Positions 9,374 through 19,221 of a stretch of DNA of 64,000 bases are shown here, one piece after another (the stretch's first letter is position 1; each line of letters begins with the position of its first letter). Source of the DNA: a virus (lineage: Duplodnaviria > Heunggongvirae > Uroviricota > Caudoviricetes); IMG/VR virus record IMGVR_UViG_3300024346_000020; one strand, 5' to 3'. The translations under genes and the position numbers were made by a program. The notes under the pieces are model-generated. The model was not told the origin of the DNA. It was given only the letters and a program-made list of their open reading frames with translations, and made no database searches.

Positions 9374-11071
9374 ATGCTAATTAGTGAAATAGGAATAAGA
9401 GGGTATAAATCCTTTGGAAATAATGAACAAGTATTAAAATTAAACACAGAAAAAGGAGAATTGGTTCTTCTTGTAGGAAATAATGGTAATGGTAAATCCT
9501 CATTACTTGAATCTTTTGAATATGCTATTTACGGAAAAGTAAAATCTGGAAAAGCAAAAAAATGGCACAAACTTTCTTCGTTACCAAATCGTATAAACGG
9601 TGAACTATTAAATCGTATAAAATTTATTTCAAATGGAACAGATGTAGAAATCAAAAGAGGTATTTCTCCATCAGTATTAGAATTGGTTGAAAATGGTATT
9701 CCAAACGAAAGAGCAGGTAAAGCAAACATAGATGATAAAATTGAAAAGTATATCGGGTTAGATATAGAAACATTCAAATCATTTATCTCAATGTCTATCA
9801 ATGACTTTAAAAACTTTATCTCTTTAACAAATGAAGAGAAACAATTACTACTAGATAAGTTATTTAATCTTGAGGTTATCAATATTTTAAATGGTATTCT
9901 TAAAGATATAAATAAGAATAACAAACTTAGAATGACTTCTTTAGATTCTGAAATTAGAACCTTAGAAGATTCTATTGGCTCAATAAAGAAATCTATTGAA
10001 AAAGCAATTGAAAAAGCAAAAGAGAATATACAACAAGAAATTGAAACTCTTACTGAGGAAATGAATTCTAAAAAAGAGGATTATAAGCTTCTTAAAGAAA
10101 AGGTAGATAAGATTAAAGAAAAAGATAAAATACTTACTGACGAACTAGATATTGAAAAAAGACAATTGAGTAATACTCAGAATGAAGTTAGAAATGTTCA
10201 AAAAGAAATAAGTCTTTATGATTCTGGTAAATGTCCTACTTGTAGTACAGATTTTAATTCAGACCACTTTATTAGTCTTAGAACCACTTTAGTTGAAAAG
10301 AAAGAAAGCTTTGAGTCAGTATTGTCAGAAATAAATGATAATATTACTTCAATTAAATTAAAACAAACAAAGTTAAAAACTATTTCAGATAGTACAACAA
10401 CTTCATTTAATGATTTAAACTATCTTCTTAGAAATTACAAAACACAAATTGATAATCTTAATAGTAAGAAATCAAAAGAAACTGGTGAATCAGTAAATGT
10501 ACAAGAATTTCAAAATACTATTGGAGAATTGGATTCTAAAAAAACTGTTAGTCAAGATCATATAACTATCTGTAAAGAGAAAGAATTATTCTATAAAGAA
10601 CTTACAAGAGTATTTAGTGAAGATGGTGCCAAAAAATCAATCATAGCAGGTATTATTAAACCAATAAATCATTTCATTGGTGAGAATATTAAGAAAATGG
10701 GACTACCATTTGATGTAAAATTAGATGAGACATTTAGTTCAGAAATTAAAACATTGGGTTCTGTTGTTGAACATGATTCATTATCAACCGGAGAATCCAA
10801 AAAAGTGAATATTGCAATTCTAATTGCTTATTTGAAACTAATCAGAACTAAGAAACATATCAATATTCTGTTCTTGGATGAGGTATTTTCATCAATTGAC
10901 ATCGAAGGTATAGATTCTATATTATTACTTCTTAAATCGTTTGCAAATGATTATAACATCAATATATTTGTTGTTCATCATGCTATTTTGAATCAAGAAA
11001 TGTTTGATAGAATTATCAAGATAAATAAAGAAGTATTTTCTTCTATTGAAGAGGTAGAATATGATAACTAA
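9374..11071 (+). CDS. Rad50/SbcC-like recombination ATPase (T4 gp46-like) with a central CxxC zinc hook
   Basis: N-terminal Walker A (GNNGNGKSS), a long coiled-coil, a mid-protein GKCPTCSTDF zinc-hook motif, and a C-terminal ILFLDEVFSSID Walker B/D-loop. 565 aa, close to T4 gp46 in length. Confidence 0.7.
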   Translation: MLISEIGIRGYKSFGNNEQVLKLNTEKGELVLLVGNNGNGKSSLLESFEYAIYGKVKSGKAKKWHKLSSLPNRINGELLNRIKFISNGTDVEIKRGISPSVLELVENGIPNERAGKANIDDKIEKYIGLDIETFKSFISMSINDFKNFISLTNEEKQLLLDKLFNLEVINILNGILKDINKNNKLRMTSLDSEIRTLEDSIGSIKKSIEKAIEKAKENIQQEIETLTEEMNSKKEDYKLLKEKVDKIKEKDKILTDELDIEKRQLSNTQNEVRNVQKEISLYDSGKCPTCSTDFNSDHFISLRTTLVEKKESFESVLSEINDNITSIKLKQTKLKTISDSTTTSFNDLNYLLRNYKTQIDNLNSKKSKETGESVNVQEFQNTIGELDSKKTVSQDHITICKEKELFYKELTRVFSEDGAKKSIIAGIIKPINHFIGENIKKMGLPFDVKLDETFSSEIKTLGSVVEHDSLSTGESKKVNIAILIAYLKLIRTKKHINILFLDEVFSSIDIEGIDSILLLLKSFANDYNINIFVVHHAILNQEMFDRIIKINKEVFSSIEEVEYDN

Positions 11072-11079
11072 ACAAATAA

Positions 11080-11271
11080 ATGAATAATAATATAACATTT
11101 GGACCAAAAGGTTTGGATGTAACACAGGGTTTAAATGGACCAATTGGAGTAACAGGTCCACAGGGTCAACCTGGTCCATTAGGAATGACACAAATAGAAT
11201 ATAGAAAATTTTTAAGAATAAGAAAAGTAAATAAATTAAGAAAAATATGGGATTTAACAAGCGCTATTTAA
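11080..11271 (+). CDS. mini collagen-like peptide (63 aa)
   Basis: GPKGLDVTQGLNGPIGVTGPQGQPGPLG, about 9 GXY triplets, followed by a basic tail. Confidence 0.35.
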   Translation: MNNNITFGPKGLDVTQGLNGPIGVTGPQGQPGPLGMTQIEYRKFLRIRKVNKLRKIWDLTSAI

Positions 11272-11462
11272 GTAAGGAAAAGATTTTAACGGTTTATCAG
11301 AGCCAAGGATTAAAGAAATTGATTTCTTTTATTGAGAATACCGATTGTTTAATAATTGAAGATGACTTTTCAGAAGATGTTTCTGATATTGTCTTAAACT
11401 ATGATTATATGATTATAGATGAAAAAATAACAGAACTAATAATAGCACATGAACTTAAATAA
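11247..11462 (+). CDS. hypothetical protein
   Basis: ORF only. Confidence 0.35.
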   Translation: MGFNKRYLSKEKILTVYQSQGLKKLISFIENTDCLIIEDDFSEDVSDIVLNYDYMIIDEKITELIIAHELK

Positions 11463-12156
11463 AAATTATTATTCTATACTTGGTGTGGCGAATACATCAA
11501 CTGAAAAAGAAATTAAGAAAGCTTATTATAAACTTTCGTTTGAGAACCATCCAGACAAAGGGGGTGATGCTGTCATCTTTGGTGAAATGACTGAAGCATA
11601 TGATATTTTATGTGGTGAAGAAAGAGAAGACTATGATAAGAAAAGTAAGTTTGGTAATTGTTATAACGAATACTTTGAACTTTTTGAAACAAACTTTGAC
11701 TACTCATATGATGATACTAAAGATAAATATGAAAAGTTTAAAAAGAATGAAGTTTATAATATTCATATTAAAGTTGATGATACCTTTGATGGTAAATTAG
11801 AATACGAAAGATGGGTTCGTTGTAAACCTTGTGATGGTACTGGAAAAGATCTTTCTTCTAAAATTGTTATCAAAGATAATGATGGTAATATTATGAAAAT
11901 ATTTGACTCAGAAGATGGTTGTGATTTGTGTGAAGGGACAGGAAAATATAGAGATCAAGATTGTCCATTTTGTCTTGGTAAAGGTAAAGTAGGTCTAAAT
12001 CCTTGTACAACTTGCAAAGGAGAAAGACGTATTTTAGGAAAGCAAAAACTTACTAAGATAAAACTAACTGGTGAAGAAACTAAAATCGATGCAATGGGTC
12101 ATTGTTCTAAAACTGAACCGGGTAAAGTAGGATATCTACTAATTATTAGTAATTAA
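11449..12156 (+). CDS. DnaJ-like co-chaperone: J domain plus a CR-type four-repeat zinc finger
   Basis: YYKLSFENHPDKGGD (HPD tripeptide of the J domain). Four CxxCxGxG repeats (CKPCDGTG, CDLCEGTG, CPFCLGKG, CTTCKGER). Confidence 0.75.
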   Translation: MNLNKNYYSILGVANTSTEKEIKKAYYKLSFENHPDKGGDAVIFGEMTEAYDILCGEEREDYDKKSKFGNCYNEYFELFETNFDYSYDDTKDKYEKFKKNEVYNIHIKVDDTFDGKLEYERWVRCKPCDGTGKDLSSKIVIKDNDGNIMKIFDSEDGCDLCEGTGKYRDQDCPFCLGKGKVGLNPCTTCKGERRILGKQKLTKIKLTGEETKIDAMGHCSKTEPGKVGYLLIISN

Positions 12157-12667
12157 TTAAAAGTGGAGTTTTATAAATATAACCACTTTTCATTTTATCT
12201 ATTTGTTTTGGACCAGAAGCTTTCCATGTAATTTTATATAAACTATCCGCAACTTTTACAGCAGATTTATACTCTCTCGTAATTTTATCATCTACTATCC
12301 ATTTGTTACTATGTATGTATATTTCATCTGTTTTAGTTTCTTCATCGGTATATGGGTTATAACTTACCTTATCATCCCAATGAATATCAAAGAATATACC
12401 ATACTTCTCTATACCTATTTTTGTACCTTGATAAATAACATTTTCAATATCTTCTATATTATGATTTCCTGCTAAAATAATATCAATATCAGTAGGAGTT
12501 CCAACATTATCAACTAATTTATCTAAAAAACTACCAGTTAAATAAACATCAAATTTTTCAGAATTAGGTATTTTAAAGAAGTCATCTCTCCAACTGAAAA
12601 ATGATACTATATTTGGTTCTAACCAAACTATATTATCTATTTCTATTTTACCATATTTTAAATTCAT
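12146..12667 (-). CDS. putative Pol-beta-superfamily nucleotidyltransferase-fold protein
   Basis: YLTGSFLDKLVDNVGTPTDIDIIL fits the hG[GS]-x(9-13)-DhDh NTase signature; convergent with, and overlapping, the DnaJ-like gene by 11 nt. Confidence 0.35.
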   Translation of the reverse strand: MNLKYGKIEIDNIVWLEPNIVSFFSWRDDFFKIPNSEKFDVYLTGSFLDKLVDNVGTPTDIDIILAGNHNIEDIENVIYQGTKIGIEKYGIFFDIHWDDKVSYNPYTDEETKTDEIYIHSNKWIVDDKITREYKSAVKVADSLYKITWKASGPKQIDKMKSGYIYKTPLLINY

Positions 12668-12682
12668 AATATATTGTAATTT

Positions 12683-15600
12683 TTATGGATAATCATAACC
12701 ATCATTATCTTGTCCTTGATCATCATAACCTTGATCTCCTTGATTATCATATTGATCTTCTTGTTCAAAATCCTGAATATAACCTTGATCTCCAGGTTGT
12801 GGAGTATTACCTTGAGGTGTCGTTCCGGCAACAGTTACAACAACCACTCCTTTAGTACAAAATAGACTCATAGTAATACCTGGAGATTGATTATTCGCAG
12901 TATCAATAATTAAATACCTAAATGTTGTGGTATAGGAAGAACCCTCTTCTGTAATATCAGCCAATGATCCAGAACCCTCCCCATAGTTATTGTCTACCGG
13001 ATTACCCCATGGGAAGTAATACATTTTGTAATTAGTTATATCAGAAATATTAATCTCACCGTTTACTTGTAAGTCTACATAAGTAACATTATTATAAATT
13101 AGTTTACCAACTGTTGGCAACGATATAATTTTTATTTTACTAGCAGCACCGGCAGTACTACTATACTGAGATAATAATTCAGTAGATAGAATATTTTTAC
13201 CCAATTGAGTAGGAATATCAGTTACACTATAAGTAATACCTTTAAGCTTAGATGGGTTACCAACTAGTATAGTAGGAACTTGCACAACTGATAAAATAAC
13301 ATTTATATTAATTCGGGCGGTATCTGTTATTGGAAATGGTAAATTACTTGAAGTAGCAGATACTGCAGTAACTAATAACTGATAGTTGCCTGAGCCCAAT
13401 CCCGATGCAATAGGGTTTAAAGTATTAGAACCACTAAGAGTTATTGTTGGACCAGTTGAGGTAGGAAGAGTTGTCCAAGTAACTAATGATGGTGTACTAA
13501 TATCATTAGATGCAATAATATAAGCATTTAATTGTAATGGAAGTGTGTCGTTCTTATTAATAACAAGTAATCGTGAATCTGTTGCAGTTGAACTTTGATT
13601 TGTAATTACCGCAAATGTGGATACTGTTGTTGGTGTACTACTAATTACTACTGCAGTTTGACAATCTGTAGCAAGAGAGTTATTTCCGTTTGCATCAATT
13701 GCATCAACACCAACTGTAATATTATCAACAAATACAAAGTCAGAGTTTAAGTAATCAATATTTGGAGCTTCTCCAATATATGGAATTTGTATTCCTTTAT
13801 AGATATTGTCTTCATCAAAATATTTAAAAAATGGAATCATATCTACCTCATACATATTAAGATTATCCAACACTAACATTGATGTACTGGCACCAGTTGC
13901 ACCATTACCGTTGATACTTAACATCATATCAGTTTTATTATAGAAATATTCATACTTTTTGGTCGGTTGATTTTTTCCATAGCCGCCCCACTTAGCAGGT
14001 GTGGATTCTTCAATAGAATCTAATCTAAATGTATTTTTTACTTTTAAGTGATTAACATTTTCTCTTATAGGTAAATAATTCATCTTTTTATAAATCTGTA
14101 CATTATCATAACCAGATAATTGTGTAGTAATATCATAATTAAGATTAGAAAGATTTAATATTGGTAATGTTGAAATTGGTTCTGTATCTATACTAACCAA
14201 ATCTTTATACTGAATACTTATTGACCAATTTACTAGATCACAAGGAATTGCTACAAGTGGATTATATTTAATGTATAATCTCCAAACACCATAGATTGTT
14301 CCACCACTTATTAATTCTGATAATGTAGTAACATCTGATACATAAGAAGGAACCACTGGTCCAACCGGTGGCTGAAATGATTCATCACCTTGATTCAATT
14401 GCTTATCCATCAAATATGTATCAATATAAGGTGTTGTACCTAATGAAATTTTAGTATATACATCTCTTAAACTAAACTTAGTATTTGATAATTCTGTACC
14501 TAAACCACTTCCATTTCTTTTAACATTTATAATTGAACCATTAGGTGCTTGTAAATTAATAATTGTACTAGTAACATCACCATATAAATTAATCGTAACT
14601 AAAATATCATCTACTTGTATACCTGGAGGACCTGGTGGACTCATACCAAGTGAATAACTACTTAGTATAGTATTATTTAATGATGCACTAGGTCCAGGAT
14701 AAATTGTCTCTATAAATGGTCCAGTACTATCAATACTCTTTACTAAATAAATATTAGGGTTTTTATAAGTAAAGTTTGTACTTGCAACACTATAGGTTAT
14801 AACATCAAATTCTACAATAGAATATCTAGATTTTGAAATATTTATATTATTATTATTTAATATCAATCCTGTATTACTTGCATTTACATATAACTCATCA
14901 CCAGTTACCCCGGAGTTTAAAAAATCAGTAGATAATTGGTTGTTTAGTGATATTATATTTTCGGTTCTTTTTAAAGAAAAGTTATTTATATTATTATATG
15001 ATGAAGTCCAACCCACATTTATAAAGTTACTAAAATCTAGCTCATTAAATGGCTCATTAAATTCGGAACCCGCTCCAATAAAATCAGTAAATGCTTTATA
15101 TTTAGTACCTAATTTATATAATTTATAATCTAAAGTATTACTATCTCTAAAACGTGATAAAGATGCCAAAACATCATAGGTTGGATATCCATATAGATTA
15201 TTTCTATTTATAGATTTTTTGGTAAGTGGTTCATACATTCTAAAATCTCTACCTAAAGTAACTGATCTAGTAGAATCATAGTTTACATCAATCCAAGAAT
15301 TAAAGCTAAATACTGCAGTAGATAATGGATTATCAATAGACTTTATCTTAGATCTATTATTATCATAGAATTTAAAATTTTGTATCAAACCAGTTGCAGT
15401 ATATCTTATTACAGAACCAATTGAAGTATTACCTACAGGAACAGTAATTGGTCTTCCATCAAATACTTTATCAATTGTAACAACATCAAACATTATACCG
15501 TTTGTTGGATCTATTTTATGTTCCACTGCGATAACTAGTGCGACACCTGCATATCCACCACCATCAACTACATTACTTTCAAAAGTAATTAAAATATAAT

Positions 15601-17332
15601 CACCTGGTAAAAGTGATGTATATTGTCCATTTGGATATCCTTGTGCAGCACCAAATGTTAAATTTATATAACCATTAGTACAAGCTTGACGTGCATCAAA
15701 TCCAGTAAAATAATATGTATCTGAATAATTAGAATTGAAATGACCACCATTAAAGAATCCGTCAATCCAGTGTGTATTAAACATCTCTGTTATACGAGGG
15801 AATCCTTTGAATAATCCATTATTCCAAACACCAGAGAAATAACCATTAAAGAAACCACCAGATAGCCAAATATTTTTAGTTACCTTTATCTTATGGTTTT
15901 GAGAATCCTTCTCAATTCTTCTATAAGGAAAAGTTGTATCTAGATTTACTCTCATCCAACCATAAGCAGACTGTGTTTCTCCAGTTACAGAATAATTATA
16001 TGCGATACCCAAGTTTTCTATCTTATAATAATCTTTCAAAAGTTTCCTATTATCATTTATATCTATTGCAACAATATTGCCGATTGATACTGCAGATCCA
16101 GTTGCAAAGTTTGCAATTGAATATGTAGAACCTCTAATTTCAATTTTCCATGAAATATCCGATTCCGTTAAAACTGAAAATGCAACATCATCAAAGTCTC
16201 TTGCTTCTTCATCATCTCTCCAACCACTATTCCAAACACCATTCTCCCAAATACCTGATCTAAATAAACCATTACCGATTCTAGATGTTAGTGTATAAGG
16301 AGTTCCGTTTTGAAGTAGTATATGTGAATAAGTTGCTTCAAGAATATCAACTATTATTGGTGTAGTACCAGAATAACTTCCACTACCATCACTAGTTAGT
16401 TGTAATAAGTTATTTTTAGGATGATAAGCTCCAACGATATTAATATTATCCAAACTTGCTGCATAATTACTACTTTGTGATGCTGAGATAACTAAATAGT
16501 TTTTAGAACCATTTGTATTTGTACCTATTAAACTAGTAGTTGCGAATATTGTTGAAGATGTAAAACTTACGATAGAAGGTCCCCAAGAAGTTGGAGTTTT
16601 TAGTAAATCATTTCTAACTATATAAATACTCATTCCGTCACTTGTATTACTGAATGTGGAAGATGTATATTTTAGTTCTAAACTAAAAGTATCATACTCT
16701 ATAGGTTTTGCAATAAAATTTTTAGTAACTATCGTATCTAAACCAGAACCAAATATAGAGTATGTTGGTGTTATACTAGTAGAATTGTAAATCCAATTAT
16801 ATGAAGAAACCTGACTTGAATTATTACCAAAATACCATCCACTTGGTTGAGTATTATCATTAATTGATCTATCTAAGTAACTAAACTCTCTATAACCATT
16901 TATTAAAAAGTCAAGTTCATTTAATATAGATTTTGTAATTATTGATTGTGTAAAAGAATCATTCGCACCATATCTAACTATTGATTTTGATTTCAATGTA
17001 GATAAAGGAGTAGTATAAGTATAAAATTCAACACCTGTTTGTGTAATACCAGACACATCTGTTGTAACTGATGCAATAGAGTCTTTGAAGGGTGCATTAA
17101 ATCTAATAGATAATTGTGCACCAATTGTTGAAGTTGAGCTTGATACACCAGTAACTATTTGGTAGTTTTTACCCTGAGTGTAAGTATATCCACTTGGATA
17201 ATTAGTATCTATAACTCTACTATCAATATACACTATATTATCAACATTATTGGAATTTCTATTAATACCAATTTGTGATGATATAGTCGATGTGGTCCAG
17301 GACTGAATTAAATTTGTATCTATAAATGGCAT
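12683..17332 (-). CDS. giant virion structural protein (tail fibre or baseplate-like) with W-x-NG-x-F-NGG-x-F repeats and an acidic Q/D/G/Y-rich C-terminal tail
   Basis: 1549 aa, beta-rich and S/T/N-rich. Repeats such as IWLSGGFFNGYFSGVWNNGLFKGF...WIDGFFNGGHFNS are shared with the 19222..24816 protein. Confidence 0.6.
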   Translation of the reverse strand: MPFIDTNLIQSWTTSTISSQIGINRNSNNVDNIVYIDSRVIDTNYPSGYTYTQGKNYQIVTGVSSSTSTIGAQLSIRFNAPFKDSIASVTTDVSGITQTGVEFYTYTTPLSTLKSKSIVRYGANDSFTQSIITKSILNELDFLINGYREFSYLDRSINDNTQPSGWYFGNNSSQVSSYNWIYNSTSITPTYSIFGSGLDTIVTKNFIAKPIEYDTFSLELKYTSSTFSNTSDGMSIYIVRNDLLKTPTSWGPSIVSFTSSTIFATTSLIGTNTNGSKNYLVISASQSSNYAASLDNINIVGAYHPKNNLLQLTSDGSGSYSGTTPIIVDILEATYSHILLQNGTPYTLTSRIGNGLFRSGIWENGVWNSGWRDDEEARDFDDVAFSVLTESDISWKIEIRGSTYSIANFATGSAVSIGNIVAIDINDNRKLLKDYYKIENLGIAYNYSVTGETQSAYGWMRVNLDTTFPYRRIEKDSQNHKIKVTKNIWLSGGFFNGYFSGVWNNGLFKGFPRITEMFNTHWIDGFFNGGHFNSNYSDTYYFTGFDARQACTNGYINLTFGAAQGYPNGQYTSLLPGDYILITFESNVVDGGGYAGVALVIAVEHKIDPTNGIMFDVVTIDKVFDGRPITVPVGNTSIGSVIRYTATGLIQNFKFYDNNRSKIKSIDNPLSTAVFSFNSWIDVNYDSTRSVTLGRDFRMYEPLTKKSINRNNLYGYPTYDVLASLSRFRDSNTLDYKLYKLGTKYKAFTDFIGAGSEFNEPFNELDFSNFINVGWTSSYNNINNFSLKRTENIISLNNQLSTDFLNSGVTGDELYVNASNTGLILNNNNINISKSRYSIVEFDVITYSVASTNFTYKNPNIYLVKSIDSTGPFIETIYPGPSASLNNTILSSYSLGMSPPGPPGIQVDDILVTINLYGDVTSTIINLQAPNGSIINVKRNGSGLGTELSNTKFSLRDVYTKISLGTTPYIDTYLMDKQLNQGDESFQPPVGPVVPSYVSDVTTLSELISGGTIYGVWRLYIKYNPLVAIPCDLVNWSISIQYKDLVSIDTEPISTLPILNLSNLNYDITTQLSGYDNVQIYKKMNYLPIRENVNHLKVKNTFRLDSIEESTPAKWGGYGKNQPTKKYEYFYNKTDMMLSINGNGATGASTSMLVLDNLNMYEVDMIPFFKYFDEDNIYKGIQIPYIGEAPNIDYLNSDFVFVDNITVGVDAIDANGNNSLATDCQTAVVISSTPTTVSTFAVITNQSSTATDSRLLVINKNDTLPLQLNAYIIASNDISTPSLVTWTTLPTSTGPTITLSGSNTLNPIASGLGSGNYQLLVTAVSATSSNLPFPITDTARININVILSVVQVPTILVGNPSKLKGITYSVTDIPTQLGKNILSTELLSQYSSTAGAASKIKIISLPTVGKLIYNNVTYVDLQVNGEINISDITNYKMYYFPWGNPVDNNYGEGSGSLADITEEGSSYTTTFRYLIIDTANNQSPGITMSLFCTKGVVVVTVAGTTPQGNTPQPGDQGYIQDFEQEDQYDNQGDQGYDDQGQDNDGYDYP

Positions 17333-17368
17333 AAACTATATATTAAATTTATATACTACTTATGATAA

Positions 17369-19201
17369 TTATTTCCTTCTTTTTTTTCTTTTAGTTGTTA
17401 TCAGTTTATAGATCAAAATAGAGAATTTACTACCAATATAATTTATAATCTTTCCAATTTTATTATCTTTCTGCAATACTCTCATTGTATAAGCCATATG
17501 TTCGCTCCAAGGCTTTACTATTAAATATAAATACTTTGAATATTGTGGATTTTTAGTTAAGAAACTAACCACTGGTTTTGCCCATGTTAAATATCCAAAT
17601 GAAACTTCCTTATTTTTCCTCAACATTAATCTTCCAAACTTCTCATCTGCTTCCCAAATTTCCTTAGATAAGAATCCTTGACTATATAATAAATTACATA
17701 TAATTTTTGGTCCACTACCTCCACTATAACCAATACCACCATAATTACCGCCACCTAAATCAAAATTAGAACAATATGTAGGAGTAATTGTTATAATTCC
17801 ATCATTATTAATTTTACAAAGTGCATAAATTTGATCTGTTTGTAATAAAGTAGTTATAAATACTCTATATGTTAAATCACCACCCGGAAATGGTGTACCT
17901 GAAGAATTTATACACACCTGATCACCTGATCCAACACCGATCGGATTAGCAGATCTTATATGACAAGATATTGTACTAGTACTAAGACAATTTGCATTTG
18001 GATCTGATCTAAAACCAGGTCTAATAAGTGAACATACTGTAACCTTGTTGACTATACTGACTATTACAGATGTATTTGCATTAGTACCAATTTGTACTAC
18101 TTTTGTTAAAGTTACTGATGTCGATACATCTATATATTCTACAATATAAAAGAGTTTGGCTCCGATAAATGGTGTAGTACAATCACTATCTGAAAATAAG
18201 TTAGTACCAACCGCAAAATTCGCAGTATTCCAATAAACATTATTAGTCAGTGGGAGTTCACAGAAACCCGCTGCAGTAGTACCTACTTTACCTGCCGAAA
18301 TACGTGCAGTTTTACCAACACCACATAAATAGGGAGTTTCAACAATAACACCAACAGAATTTATTTTACATGAGTAAAATAAACCTGAAGGACTTTTAAT
18401 TATCCAATACTGATTAGCCAGAAGTATCATACCATTAAAAGTATTTGTTTGTATACTATTTGTATAAACAATAACACCAAGTGCAGGTGGTTCACTACTA
18501 AGAAATATTGCAGTATTAAAGTTATTTGTATTTGATGTTGTAATTGGACAACTATTTGCTTCTCCACCCTGAAAACTATATTCACTTGATATTTGATAAT
18601 TTGAAGTAATTACATAATTGAAATATTTATATGTAGGACTAACCTCACCACCTGCATCCCGAATTCTTATTCTAAATTGGTGTGTGACTAGTTGTTGTGG
18701 AGTAAAACTATAACTTCCACTTGTCTGTGAAGAATTTATAAATGGAAGATCTTGCCAAGAACCTGTTGTTTTATATGATAATTCATAACCTACTATATTA
18801 TATTCTGCATCAAACGCATTAGACCATTGTAATAATATTGGTAGACTTGTTCCAGGTGCAGGAGGTGCAGGAGGTGCAACTCCATTTACTTCAAAGTTAG
18901 ACCAATCAGCAATATCTGTAAAATTTGGACCAAGTGCAAGAAAGTTTATAGACCAATCACCACTACCATTATCTGTTACATTCCAGAGAGAACCATAAGG
19001 ATCTAATGTAGTTCCACTATATAACTCACTCCATGGTGCTGATGATAATGATGGATGAACTATTGCACCAGATAAAAGTTCTAAAGTCAATGAGTAATGG
19101 TCTGCAATTATTACAGCAGCATCTACTGCAGATATGTGAAATATCCAACTACTATTGATATTCACTACTACATTTCTACTTAAAATTGTTATTGTTGCCA
19201 T
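17369..19201 (-). CDS. virion structural protein (610 aa) with a PPAPPAPG linker and a basic KRKKRRK C-terminus
   Basis: Beta-rich composition; sits between the two giant structural genes on the same strand. Confidence 0.5.
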   Translation of the reverse strand: MATITILSRNVVVNINSSWIFHISAVDAAVIIADHYSLTLELLSGAIVHPSLSSAPWSELYSGTTLDPYGSLWNVTDNGSGDWSINFLALGPNFTDIADWSNFEVNGVAPPAPPAPGTSLPILLQWSNAFDAEYNIVGYELSYKTTGSWQDLPFINSSQTSGSYSFTPQQLVTHQFRIRIRDAGGEVSPTYKYFNYVITSNYQISSEYSFQGGEANSCPITTSNTNNFNTAIFLSSEPPALGVIVYTNSIQTNTFNGMILLANQYWIIKSPSGLFYSCKINSVGVIVETPYLCGVGKTARISAGKVGTTAAGFCELPLTNNVYWNTANFAVGTNLFSDSDCTTPFIGAKLFYIVEYIDVSTSVTLTKVVQIGTNANTSVIVSIVNKVTVCSLIRPGFRSDPNANCLSTSTISCHIRSANPIGVGSGDQVCINSSGTPFPGGDLTYRVFITTLLQTDQIYALCKINNDGIITITPTYCSNFDLGGGNYGGIGYSGGSGPKIICNLLYSQGFLSKEIWEADEKFGRLMLRKNKEVSFGYLTWAKPVVSFLTKNPQYSKYLYLIVKPWSEHMAYTMRVLQKDNKIGKIINYIGSKFSILIYKLITTKRKKRRK

Positions 19202-19221
19202 TATTTATTATATTTTTTTAA

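Noticed and set aside
9529-11260. Antisense ORFs 9529..9924(-) and 10925..11260(-) inside or overlapping the Rad50-like gene
   Set aside because: They are low-complexity, F/L/I-rich shadow ORFs typical of AT-rich antisense strands, and they overlap a well-supported gene
12146-12667. Metallophosphoesterase (Mre11/SbcD-like) call for 12146..12667, based on an ILAGNHN (GNH[DE]-like) segment
   Set aside because: The N-terminal phosphoesterase motifs (D-x-H, GDxxD) are absent, and the G-S...DIDI nucleotidyltransferase pattern fits better
14940-16298. Short plus-strand ORFs 14940..15128, 15934..16128 and 16077..16298 inside the 1549-aa minus-strand gene
   Set aside because: They lie antisense to a long, repeat-bearing structural gene, are low-complexity and have no independent signals
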